64,000 bases of DNA from Candidatus Poribacteria bacterium. GTDB lineage: Bacteria > Poribacteria > WGA-4E > PCPOR2b. Position numbers and translations under genes: made by a program. How positions within the stretch are numbered: the stretch's first letter is position 1; every line of letters starts with the position of its first letter. Positions 30,240 through 39,836 of the stretch are shown in pieces. Under the pieces are notes generated by a model that saw only the letters and a program-made list of their open reading frames with translations, was not told the DNA's origin and made no database searches. Where the stretch lies: NCBI GenBank assembly GCA_965198175.1, contig OZ240245.1, positions 1,408,001-1,472,000 on the forward strand. The letters are read 5' to 3'.

Positions 30240-30500
30240 CTATCTCCGTTTGTTCGATCTCTCGATGGTTACAACGACTGCCGTATCCTTCCGGCGTTCG
30301 GCTTCCTGACAACTGATGAACCTGCCTGTTTTTGCATCGCGCCCGACCTTAATGGTAGTTACACCATGTTTCCGCCCCGCCTCTCCACCACCGTGCTTGC
30401 CAAAAACGACCTCTCGTACGGCTCGTTTCATTTCGCTTCTTTTGAGTTTTCCCTTTTTGGGAGGGTACTTGACGATTCTTGGTCTTGCCACGGTAACCAC
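30240..30500 (-). CDS. Small basic hypothetical protein (GRDAKTGRFI motif)
   Basis: 86 aa, Lys/Arg-rich, AGGAGG at the start region, 16 bp downstream of the TIR/NDT-like gene. Confidence 0.7.
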   Translation of the reverse strand: MVTVARPRIVKYPPKKGKLKRSEMKRAVREVVFGKHGGGEAGRKHGVTTIKVGRDAKTGRFISCQEAERRKDTAVVVTIERSNKRR

Positions 30501-30516
30501 CTCCTTGAACTATGTT

Positions 30517-31146
30517 TCAATCAGTAGTCGGCTGAGTTATCAGCCATTCTGCAAGCATGAAAATATAATCATTAAAAATAAGCTCTTCAGCCTCCAATTG
30601 AAACTTTTGAGCTAGGTGAGGCAAATCCTCCGTAAACTCTTGGTAACGTCCCCAGATGATGCTTCCGCTTGGAATGTTCTTGCGTCTTGATGCACTGCGA
30701 AGCCAATTTCGTACGGCGGTTACAATATTTTCTGAATCGTTGTTATGAGCCTGAATGTCTTGCCCCGCAATATCCGAGATAAACTTTTGATACCGATACC
30801 GTTCTTTATCCAGTATGAGACAATTTTTCCTGTGTTGTTCCTTTAGCCCAAATTTCTTTGCGCCAAGAAAAACCCCCAATTCCAAAGGCATATTAAATCG
30901 AGGAAATCCTGAAGTTTCGTCTAATTCCGTTCGCGAAATGTCGTGAATCCCATAACGGCAATCCGCGATAATGTTATAGATTTTATCAATCCGAACTTGA
31001 CTGGCGTCTACTTCTTCGAGGGCACAACGGGCAATAAATCCGCAATCATGCACGGCGAACACCATTGCATCAAACAAAGGTTTATAGGGTACATCAATGG
31101 GACAATTGAGAAAAACATTGTCATTATAGCTTTTGGGTGAACTCAT
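30517..31146 (-). CDS. TIR/nucleoside-deoxyribosyltransferase-like fold protein
   Basis: VFLNCP, RIDKI..II..CRYGIHDIS, RFNMPLELG (putative catalytic Glu) and ISDIAG.DI. Confidence 0.7.
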   Translation of the reverse strand: MSSPKSYNDNVFLNCPIDVPYKPLFDAMVFAVHDCGFIARCALEEVDASQVRIDKIYNIIADCRYGIHDISRTELDETSGFPRFNMPLELGVFLGAKKFGLKEQHRKNCLILDKERYRYQKFISDIAGQDIQAHNNDSENIVTAVRNWLRSASRRKNIPSGSIIWGRYQEFTEDLPHLAQKFQLEAEELIFNDYIFMLAEWLITQPTTD

Positions 31147-31177
31147 GATTTGGTAAGTCTGTTTGTTTGATGTCTTC

Positions 31178-31248
31178 AGCGCAATACGATAAGCATGATA
31201 TGCGGAATATTATGCCATATTATTGGGACATATATCAACGAAAACCAA
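31178..31248 (-). promoter_or_regulatory. Duplicated ~72-bp promoter module, copy 2
   Basis: Near-identical to 27967-28038. TTGATA(31238-31233)-18 nt-CATAAT(31214-31209). Confidence 0.7.
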
Positions 31249-31276
31249 GAACAACGGAAGCCAACGATCAGTTTTT

Positions 31277-32253
31277 GTAGGTTGGGTTGAGCGGTGATTA
31301 TGAAGTGTGCGAAGTCATTTGCAAGCGATTCGTTATGTTTGGATTGTTTGATATAAGGAAATGAGATAGCGTAACCCAACGTTTTTTGTTAATTGGGATG
31401 TGCGTCGTTGGACGGTTCCGGTTTCAGGATATGAAAAGAGTTGGGTTACGCTCTGCGCATTTTGTCAACCACACCGTTCGGCGATGGGAACGGTAATTGT
31501 CGTAGGACCGGTTTTGAGATTATCCGCTCAACCCAACCTACAAAGGCAACGAAAATTACAGTTTTTACAGTCTATAAAAAAAGGGGTAATTTTTGTAGGT
31601 TGGGTTGAGCGGTGATTATGAAATGTGCGAAGTCATTTGCAAGCGATTCGTTATGTTTGGATTGTTTGATATAAGGAAATGAGATAGCGTAACCCAACGT
31701 TTTTTGTTAATTGGGATGTGTGTCGTTGGACGGTTGCGGTTGCAGGATTATGAAAAGAGTTGGGTTACGCTCTGCGGATTTTGTCAACGACACCGTTCGG
31801 CGATCGGAACGGTAATTCCCGTAGGAACGGTTTTTGAGTTATCCGCTTAACCCAACCTACAAAGGCAACGAAAATTACAGTTTTTACAGTCTATAAAAAA
31901 AGGGGTAATTTTTGTAGGTTGGGTTGAGCGGTGATTATGAAATATGCGAAGTCATTTGTAAGCGATTCGTTATGTTTAGATTGATTGATATAAGGAAATG
32001 ATGTAGCGTAACCCAACGTTTTTTGAAACGTTCCGGCAACAGACCGGCGAATGGCAACACCAGAACGATCGGCACAAGAAAAAGCCAATGACATCGTTCG
32101 GGATTTGGAGCGCGGGGAAGACTATCGCCTTCGCTATTCGCTCAGTTGATCGTTGGGTTACGCTCTGCGTATTTTGTCAACCACACCGATCGGCGATCGG
32201 AACGTTAATTCCCGTAGGAGGGGTATTTGAGTTATCCGCTTAACCCAACCTAC
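31277..32253. repeat. REP/BIME-like array 2 (three units, ~318-bp period)
   Basis: GTAGGTTGGGTTGAGCGGTGATTATG at 31277, 31595 and 31914, each closed by an inverted REP. Confidence 0.92.
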
Positions 32254-32721
32254 AAGAAATTATCCGGTTGATTGATGTCAACCCAACTTCTCTGCAAACA
32301 GCGAATGATTATGTGGTCTCTTAATCATAAAGCCCATCATTTAATCATACAAATCACAGTTCAGACAGTTTTTGGAAATTTCGGAGAATTTTGGTAATTG
32401 GAATCGGTACGGAGAAGACTATCGCACTCACTATTCGTTCGCTTGATCCTTCGCTATTCGCTCAGTTGATCGCTCAACCCAACCTACAAGAAATTATCCG
32501 GTTGGTTGATGTCAACCCAACTTCTCTGCAAACAGCGAATGATTATGTGGTCTCTTAATCATAAAGCCCATCATTTAATCATACAAATCACAGTTCAGAC
32601 AGTTTTTGGAAATTTCGGAGCGTTTTGGAAATTGGAATCGGTACGGAGAAGACTATCGCACTCACTATTCGTTCGCTTGATCCCTCGCTATTCGCTCAGT
32701 TGATCGCTTAACCCAACCTAC
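32242..32721. repeat. 234-bp tandem duplication bounded by half-REPs
   Basis: AACCCAACCTACAA recurs with a 234-bp period (TAC at 32251, 32485, 32719). The internal sequence is nearly identical. Confidence 0.92.
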
Positions 32722-32765
32722 AAAGGCAACTACAAAGGCAACTACAAAGGCAACTACAAAGGCAA
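32718..32765 (+). repeat. 12-bp tandem repeat (CTACAAAGGCAA x4) at the REP end
   Basis: Read directly from the sequence. The unit starts with the REP terminal CTAC. Confidence 0.9.
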
Positions 32766-32977
32766 GGAAAATTACAGTTTTTACAGTCCTTAAAAAAAGG
32801 GGTGAATACGAGACAACAACAATACCATTTTATTATGATTTGGGGGGAGGTTGTCAAGGCGGGGGGATTGTGTGGGAATTTTTATGAAACCGGATTTCGG
32901 GGAATGCGTATTTTTGGGTACGATGTCAGGTATAGGATCTCGTTGTCGAAATATGGCGGCGGGCGTCCAAATAACTA

Positions 32978-33122
32978 TTGACAGATGTTAAAATCTGTTG
33001 TACTATGAGAGTAGATTCCGAGGACGGATGTCGGGGCGGTTTCGGCTGGGACGAGCGGGGACGAAAACCGCGAAAAAAGTCGGAAGAAAAGTCTTGACAA
33101 CTTGCGGAATCTGTTATATTAT
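32978..33122 (+). promoter_or_regulatory. Tandem sigma70 promoters upstream of giant protein gene 1
   Basis: TTGACA-17-TACTAT (32978-33006) and TTGACA-17-TATTAT (33094-33122). Confidence 0.7.
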
Positions 33123-33210
33123 AGTTATGTGTTGCGGCAGGATTGCGCGGCGAGTATGTCTCGCGTTCGTGCGGCGGCACCGGGCTTCATTCTAGACAGC
33201 TATTCTCTAG

Positions 33211-33346
33211 AGGATCAACAAACGAAACCCTCCAGAGACACGTTTTGAGTGAGGACAACATTTCAGTCAGTGTGTGGAGGGTGTTTCAACCCTCTCGAGT
33301 GAGTCCCGAAACCCGATGTGAGCGGTTTCGGGGTTTTGTTGATTCT
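33211..33346 (+). ncRNA. Candidate structured 5' leader RNA (multi-stem junction)
   Basis: 12-bp closing stem 33211-33222/33335-33346. Inner stems 33224-33234/33275-33287 and 33305-33313/33324-33332. Confidence 0.55.
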
Positions 33347-33474
33347 GTTATGATTTAGGAAAGGAACGACTACCAATTATGGATAGTACAACTAAGGCTT
33401 GCGAATCTGGCAAGCGAAACAAAATCAAATTTAATCCTTCAACATACAAACATGCAAGGAGGAAACATACAGTC

Positions 33475-36400
33475 ATGTTGAGTAGAATTTCGAAAATGAG
33501 TGTTTTCGGTATCGTTGCGCTTATGCTCGCGTTCGGGCTTGCCACTACAGATGCCTTGGCGCAGAAGGGCACCGTAGACGTTAGGGTGGATACTGCAACG
33601 TTTCCAGCCGCTTCCGAGCAAACGCTGACGTTTACGGTGGACGTCACTGCCGAACCGACAGATCCCGACGCCGCTGGCGTGGTAAGAATCTCCATTCCCA
33701 GCGTCTGGAGCAGACCAGTCAATTCGGACGATGCGGCGGTTGCTGACATCGCGGTCGGCGAGGTGTTCATTGTCGAAGCCGATGGCATCACCGGTACGGT
33801 CACCGGTCGCAACCTTGTGGCGAACATCGGGAAAGACACGACGAATCAGATTACGTTCGCCTTCAAAACCATCACGCCGCACCGCATGGGCACCTACACC
33901 ATCCCGGTGACTTCGTCGCTCCATGAAGGCGCCGCTGCTATAACGATTACCATTGGTGCGGTCGCAGCCGGCTCGGGCGCGTACACTGTCACGAGGACAA
34001 ACGGGTCGCTCTACTTTCAGGCACCCGACGATCCTCAAGACCTAGATCCGCCGTACCAAGGCAAGTATATCGCCTTTAGCAAAGACGAATTCAGAAACCT
34101 CGTGATACGGTTCACCGCGCCAGGTACCATGCCGGGGAATTCCAGGGTTTCTCTTACATCTGTGGGGTTTGCACGCTTCAACGTTGCCTCGGACGTGATC
34201 CTCAGCGGCAATGCGGACAAGTCGTTCAGCGACGACGGTCTGACTGTGCATGCGACGCTTAAACCCAGCGGGCTACAAAAGGGAGGTGTCATTACCTTCA
34301 GCATAACGAGTTACAACGCCCCTGAAGTTAATCCGGAAGCCCAACCAGCAGCGGGTGCTATTGAAGAGGGTTTTACGATTACCGTACAAACCGACATTGA
34401 CCCTGACGGCTCCGCCGATGACTCCACAGCGCGGCCTGATTCACCGGAGACGGTTGGAATGGTTTTTGACCTTATCACCACCAAACCTGCCGGTACGGGT
34501 AAAATCGTGATCAGTCGTGATGGCAGTCCTCTCACGCACAGTGTGGCGGGCACGGAATTCGATATCGCTACCGCTGCAGCAACGTTGAGCATTAGCTTCG
34601 CGGAGTTTGTGGGTATCGGCGACGGCAGTAAATTCGAAATTACTGTTCCGGACGGTTGGCCACAGCCTCTCGCCCTCCTCGCGGGCGCCGCAGCTCGGGA
34701 CGGTGGTGTGTCGAATGCGGAAATTGAAGGGCGCGTCCTCAAGGGCAATCTTAACAATGACGCTCCGAATGAGACGACCGCCATAACTTATTCCGTGGCG
34801 AAAATTCCCGCCGCGGGCTCGTATACGTTTACCGCGAAAGCCACCGCCGGTCCGCACACCTCCCTCGCACCGATCGCCGGTCACATAATTGAAGTTGTCG
34901 TCGCTGACGCTACAGGCTCGGTTGCCCTGTTGACGAGCGGCGGCGCGCCGGTGACGCAGGCGTCACCCAAAGCCGCGCTCGGGAATCTCCGGTTCGTCTT
35001 TACCCCCGCCGGACGCATGGCGAAAGACGCTATGGTCACGATTGCCGTTCCGATGACTGATGGCTCCCCAGCCGGTTGGACCGCGTTCCGTGAGGATAAC
35101 GGCGACGGTCAATCTGATCCAGGTGAGGTTTCGGTAGTAGGCACAAAAGCCACCATGGTTGTCCTCCCGGGGCTGATTACGTTGACCGCCACCGAGGCGT
35201 GGACACCGGCTGACAGGATTACCGTTAACTACAGAATGGTGAGTGTGCCCGATGTCGCTGCAGCCACGTTTACCTATCAGGCGCAGGCAAAGTCGCACCC
35301 GGGTGGAACGCTGGCGAATATCGGCAGTCCCAACATCGGTATTGGCCGCTCCCCCGATGGCGGCGGTACGCTTGCTCTCAGTGCTACCCAAGCCGATGCC
35401 GGTTCCTTGATTGGCAATCTGACCGTCACCTACACCGCCGCCGGCAAGATGGAAGCCGGTTCGGAGGTTGTGGTCACCATTCCGCCCAACGGCGATTGGC
35501 CCGCGCCAAACGGACTCGGACGGGTGGAGTTGAGCGCCGGTACCCTATCCACCACAGAAACGACGATGACCGCCAACACCGATGTCGAATTGAATACCGG
35601 CGATACCATCGTCTTTACCTACAAAGCTATTACTGCACCGGTTGATGGCGGAACCTACACCTTCACCGGTAAGTCGAAGTCCTCACCGACCGGCACGCTA
35701 ACAGCGCTCGGGTCCGGCGTGACGGTTACGATTGACGAAGTCGCGGCAGGTGCCGTGGCGCTGAACGGGCCGGAAGGAGCCTTGAGTTCCTCCGCTCCCG
35801 GTATGGCGCTCGGGAACCTAAACTTCGTCTTTACCGCCGGTGCGCGTATGGAAGTAGGTTCCAAGGTGACGGTAACGATTCCTGTCGCGTGGACACCCGC
35901 CTTCCTAGATAACAACGACGGCGTGGATTCAGCCGGCGAGTCGTCTCTCGCGGGCGCAGCCGATTTTGTCGTCTCCGGCGGCGGCGGCACCCCCTGGGTG
36001 TTGACCGCAACCACGAACGCTATCCTCGAAAGCGGCGATACTCTGATGTTTACCTACAAACAGGTGACCGCCCCTTCGACGGAAGCCACGTATCAGCTCA
36101 CCACGATGGCGTCCACCTCTGCGGAGGGCAAGTTGCTGCCGGTACAATCTCAGCCGACAATCGTCGTGAGAGAGCTAGTTACGGCTATCGCCCTGACATC
36201 CGATCCGTCCAGCGTTTTCACGGGCGGCGAGATTGGACTCTCCGTGACGCTCTGGGCAGGAACCGCGGCGGGTAGAGCCCTTGGCGGCGTCGTAATCGAC
36301 CTAGACGATGGTGACGCGGGCGGTACGTTTACGCCAGCCATAATCACTATTGGGGATGCTGGCCACGAAGGCACCGCCACCTACACCAATGCCACTGCGG

Positions 36401-39400
36401 GTGACTACACCATAACCGCGACAGCGGGCGACCTAGAACCCGTTACGGTTAATGTCGAGGTCAAGTCCACTATTCGCGACCTCTCGGTGAATGGCGAAAC
36501 AGAGATGGCGCTACTGGCCCAGGGTTCAAGTATCATGGTGCGCGCCACCGGTCCTGTAGGCGGCGGTACTGTGACGATTCTCGATTCCGACGGCGATAAG
36601 ATCGGTCTCAAGAAAGCGCTTGATCCGGTCGGCGAACCCGATGCCGACGGCGATCAGATATACTCACGTTCCGTTGAGCTGCCTGATGTCCTTGCGGACG
36701 GCATGTATACCGTTAGCGTCGAGATTCAGGGCGATGTCAACGATTCGTTGACGATCCAGGTCGTGAACGACCAAGATCCGCCGACGTTGAGCAACGCGAG
36801 TGTGTTGCCCACAACAGTTGCGAACGGCACGCTGCTTACGCTTACCGTGAAGGCTTCCGCTTCAAGCGCGAGTAATCCGGTTGAGTCTGTGATGGCAGAT
36901 GTGAGCGCGGTCGATTCGACGCAAACAGATATGCTTGCGTTGACGGCGCAGCCGGGTACGGACAACACGTATTTCGCCATCCACACGGTTAGCATGGACA
37001 ACACCAATAATAAGGACGGCGAAAAGACCGTTACCTTCACGGCGACTGATCGGATTGGTAACTCCAGCACGGCGACCGCATCGGTCACGTTGCAGAACGA
37101 CGTTACTGCTCCCGAGTTGAGCGATGCAAGCGCTATGCCTTCGCCAACCGGCAACGGTAGTATGGTGACGATCTCCGTTAGCAGTGAATCCGGTTTGACC
37201 GTCATGGCTGATGCTTCGGCAATCGGAGGCGGCATGGTGGCGCTGACCGAGGGTACGGTTGACGACGGCATGGATGCCAACGGTAACGGTAATGGTATGG
37301 ATGCCAACGGCAACGGTAATGGTATGGATGCCAATGGCAACGGTAATGGTGATAATGGCATGACCGATACCGCAATGCCTGCCGGCAACGGCGTGTACAG
37401 TGGAACGGTCACGGTCACCGATGCTGCAGATGGCGATCAGACGATTACCATCACCGCAACCGATGGCTCTGGCAACGAGAGCAGCGTAGACGTAACCGTC
37501 ACAATCGACAACACGGGCGCGATGCTGAGCGATGCGAGCGCCGAGCCGTCGATGGCGACAAACGGTATGGAGGTTACCCTCTCCGTTAACGGTAGTGAGT
37601 CCGGTCTCACGGTGATGGCGGATTCGTCAGCAATCGGAGGCGGCGCCGCAGTTGCGTTGACCGATGATGATGGCGATAACGTCTATACAGCAAGGGTTAT
37701 GGTTACCGATGCTGAAGACGGCGAGCAGATGATCATGATTTCCGGTACCGATGCGCTCGGTAATATCGGCGAACCGGTTTCGGTATCCGTTACTGTCGAC
37801 AACACCGCGCCGACGCTGAGCGATGCGAGCGCCGATCCTGCGGAAGCTGTCAACGGCGACATGGTGACAATCTCTGTGATGGGCGGCGAATCCAGTCTCA
37901 CGGTAATGGCAGATGCCTCTGAACTAGGGGGCGAAGCCGAGGTTGAGTTGACTGAATCTGCCGATACGGTAGGCAGCTATAGCGGCAGCGTCGAAGTGAA
38001 CGTCGATTCTGGCGGTGATAAGATGGTTTCAATCACTGCAACCGATGCGCTTGGTAACGCGAGCGAGGCTGTAACCGCCACGGTTAGCGTGCACGAGGTG
38101 ACAGGCGTTAGCTTCTCACCCGCTCAAGTTAGCACGGGCGATACCGTGACCGTAACCGCGATGGGTACCGCTGGATTGACAGCGACGTTCAGCGTCTTCG
38201 ATGCGGATGCTATGAATATTGTCGATGGGAAAGCGATGACGGAATCGACCGATGGCGGAACTTATGAAGGCAGTTTCGATATTGTTGTCGATGCGCATCC
38301 GACCGGTGAGTATTGGGTGTCTGCGAGCGTGGGTAAGGCTAGCGGGACCGCTGAATCCGCTCTCACTATTGACCATAAAGCCCAGTTCACCCTCTCAATC
38401 GCGGCGGGTACGCACGCGATTCACGTCCCGTTGGATGTTACCCATATTGATGGGGAAGCGGGAACAATCGAGACCGTTGGTGACCTGTACGATGCGCTCG
38501 GCGAATCGGTCAACTTCATCATCACGCTCGGCGCTGACGGTAACTGGATGAGCTACCTCGGCGATATGAGCGCGGGCAGCATGGCGGACGCGGAAATCGG
38601 CGACGATACCGGTCTGATTGCTGTGATGAAGAACGCTAAGACGCTCGAACTAACAGGTAATGCGTTAGGTACCGGCGGCATTTCCCAGATTAGCATTGAA
38701 ATAGGGAACAACCTCGTCGGTGTACCGCTTGATCCAGCGATAGACATGATGATTAGCGGCGCGCTAGTCGAAGGGGTCGCAGCAATCGCGGTCTCCAACG
38801 CTGCTGGCGATGGTTTCCACACGATTACGGAAGCCGGTCAGGACGGCGACGGTCCTCTCATGGGCGGCGTCGGTTACATTGTTGTCGCAACCGCGGCGGC
38901 AAATATCCCGATTGTCGGTTCAGCATGGGAGAACGAAGGAGCCCCGATGGCAGCGCCTGCAGTGGCGTTCAGCGGTTCGCAGACGCCGGTACTGCATGTT
39001 GACGGCGGCGTTATGGACGAGTTCGACATGTTGGCACAGATTCCGGAATTGCGTGTCACTGTGAGAAACTTGTCTACAGGCGCCTCGGTCGACAGCGTTC
39101 TCGGCACGGACGAGTTGGCGGCAGCGTACAGCGCGACGTTTGTTGAGTTCGGACGCCACGCAGCGAAGGTGGGCGATGTGCTGGAGATAGTAGCGCATTC
39201 ACCGAACCCGTACGTTGGTGTGCGACCGGTTCCGCAGATTGTTATTAGCGCGGAAGAGGTGTTGACGAGCCGTATCAGTCTACCCGACTTGGAGCTCTAC
39301 GAGATTCCGTCGGAGACTGAGCTGTTGGCGAATTACCCGAATCCGTTTAACCCTGAAACGTGGATTCCGTACCGGTTAGCGCAAGCTGCCGAAGTGACGT

Positions 39401-39606
39401 TGGATATCTATGATACCACCGGTCGCTTGGTGCGGACCATTGATGTCGGCTTCAAACCAGCCGCAGTGTACGAATCACGTGCATCAGCGATTTACTGGGA
39501 TGGCCGCAACAACTACGGTGAACGCGTTGCCAGTGGCACGTACTTCTATCACTTAACTGCGGGCGATGATTACGCATCGACGCGCAGAATGGTGATCCTG
39601 AAGTAA
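33475..39606 (+). CDS. Giant secreted Ig-like repeat protein with FlgD-Ig/T9SS-type C-terminal domain (~2040 aa)
   Basis: AGGAGG RBS, signal peptide ending ALA, acidic Thr/Ala/Gly-rich beta repeats (DNTAPTLS), and tail LLANYPNPFNPETWIPY...WDGRN..GE.VASG.YFY. Confidence 0.88.
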   Translation: MLSRISKMSVFGIVALMLAFGLATTDALAQKGTVDVRVDTATFPAASEQTLTFTVDVTAEPTDPDAAGVVRISIPSVWSRPVNSDDAAVADIAVGEVFIVEADGITGTVTGRNLVANIGKDTTNQITFAFKTITPHRMGTYTIPVTSSLHEGAAAITITIGAVAAGSGAYTVTRTNGSLYFQAPDDPQDLDPPYQGKYIAFSKDEFRNLVIRFTAPGTMPGNSRVSLTSVGFARFNVASDVILSGNADKSFSDDGLTVHATLKPSGLQKGGVITFSITSYNAPEVNPEAQPAAGAIEEGFTITVQTDIDPDGSADDSTARPDSPETVGMVFDLITTKPAGTGKIVISRDGSPLTHSVAGTEFDIATAAATLSISFAEFVGIGDGSKFEITVPDGWPQPLALLAGAAARDGGVSNAEIEGRVLKGNLNNDAPNETTAITYSVAKIPAAGSYTFTAKATAGPHTSLAPIAGHIIEVVVADATGSVALLTSGGAPVTQASPKAALGNLRFVFTPAGRMAKDAMVTIAVPMTDGSPAGWTAFREDNGDGQSDPGEVSVVGTKATMVVLPGLITLTATEAWTPADRITVNYRMVSVPDVAAATFTYQAQAKSHPGGTLANIGSPNIGIGRSPDGGGTLALSATQADAGSLIGNLTVTYTAAGKMEAGSEVVVTIPPNGDWPAPNGLGRVELSAGTLSTTETTMTANTDVELNTGDTIVFTYKAITAPVDGGTYTFTGKSKSSPTGTLTALGSGVTVTIDEVAAGAVALNGPEGALSSSAPGMALGNLNFVFTAGARMEVGSKVTVTIPVAWTPAFLDNNDGVDSAGESSLAGAADFVVSGGGGTPWVLTATTNAILESGDTLMFTYKQVTAPSTEATYQLTTMASTSAEGKLLPVQSQPTIVVRELVTAIALTSDPSSVFTGGEIGLSVTLWAGTAAGRALGGVVIDLDDGDAGGTFTPAIITIGDAGHEGTATYTNATAGDYTITATAGDLEPVTVNVEVKSTIRDLSVNGETEMALLAQGSSIMVRATGPVGGGTVTILDSDGDKIGLKKALDPVGEPDADGDQIYSRSVELPDVLADGMYTVSVEIQGDVNDSLTIQVVNDQDPPTLSNASVLPTTVANGTLLTLTVKASASSASNPVESVMADVSAVDSTQTDMLALTAQPGTDNTYFAIHTVSMDNTNNKDGEKTVTFTATDRIGNSSTATASVTLQNDVTAPELSDASAMPSPTGNGSMVTISVSSESGLTVMADASAIGGGMVALTEGTVDDGMDANGNGNGMDANGNGNGMDANGNGNGDNGMTDTAMPAGNGVYSGTVTVTDAADGDQTITITATDGSGNESSVDVTVTIDNTGAMLSDASAEPSMATNGMEVTLSVNGSESGLTVMADSSAIGGGAAVALTDDDGDNVYTARVMVTDAEDGEQMIMISGTDALGNIGEPVSVSVTVDNTAPTLSDASADPAEAVNGDMVTISVMGGESSLTVMADASELGGEAEVELTESADTVGSYSGSVEVNVDSGGDKMVSITATDALGNASEAVTATVSVHEVTGVSFSPAQVSTGDTVTVTAMGTAGLTATFSVFDADAMNIVDGKAMTESTDGGTYEGSFDIVVDAHPTGEYWVSASVGKASGTAESALTIDHKAQFTLSIAAGTHAIHVPLDVTHIDGEAGTIETVGDLYDALGESVNFIITLGADGNWMSYLGDMSAGSMADAEIGDDTGLIAVMKNAKTLELTGNALGTGGISQISIEIGNNLVGVPLDPAIDMMISGALVEGVAAIAVSNAAGDGFHTITEAGQDGDGPLMGGVGYIVVATAAANIPIVGSAWENEGAPMAAPAVAFSGSQTPVLHVDGGVMDEFDMLAQIPELRVTVRNLSTGASVDSVLGTDELAAAYSATFVEFGRHAAKVGDVLEIVAHSPNPYVGVRPVPQIVISAEEVLTSRISLPDLELYEIPSETELLANYPNPFNPETWIPYRLAQAAEVTLDIYDTTGRLVRTIDVGFKPAAVYESRASAIYWDGRNNYGERVASGTYFYHLTAGDDYASTRRMVILK
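37264..37359 (+). repeat. 27-bp in-frame tandem repeat (GMDANGNGN x3)
   Basis: Read directly from the DNA and the translation. Confidence 0.9.
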
Positions 39607-39628
39607 ATGTTCGCTGCAAATTAACCCT

Positions 39629-39680
39629 TTAGCTGCTAGGCGCGCTTTACTTAACCATTGCGCTTAGCAGCTAATTTTTT
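39629..39680 (+). terminator. Rho-independent terminator
   Basis: TTAGCTGCTAGGCGC/GCGCTTAGCAGCTAA stem followed by a T-run. Confidence 0.85.
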
Positions 39681-39696
39681 GTTTTAGATTGAAATC

Positions 39697-39836
39697 ACCC
39701 CCCTCAATCCCCCCTTAGTAAGGGGGGAGGGAAGAGGATGCCTCCTTAGTAAGGGGGAGGTTGAAGGCATCGTCCCCTTGGTAAGGCGAGGAAACATTTT
39801 AACCTCCCCCCTTACCAAGGGGGGATTGAGGGGGGT
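39697..39836. mobile_element. MITE/REP-like element with 20-bp terminal inverted repeats
   Basis: ACCCCCCTCAATCCCCCCTT ... AAGGGGGGATTGAGGGGGGT, with internal CCTTAGTAAGG palindromes. Confidence 0.7.

Noticed and set aside
29644..32703. 60-70 aa ORFs within the REP arrays
   Set aside because: They are translations of repeat DNA, and frames are not preserved between copies.
29297..32765. Repeat arrays as a CRISPR array
   Set aside because: The repeats are inverted pairs with GTAG ends next to a RAYT, the intervening sequences are themselves repeated, periods are 234-319 bp, and no cas genes are present.
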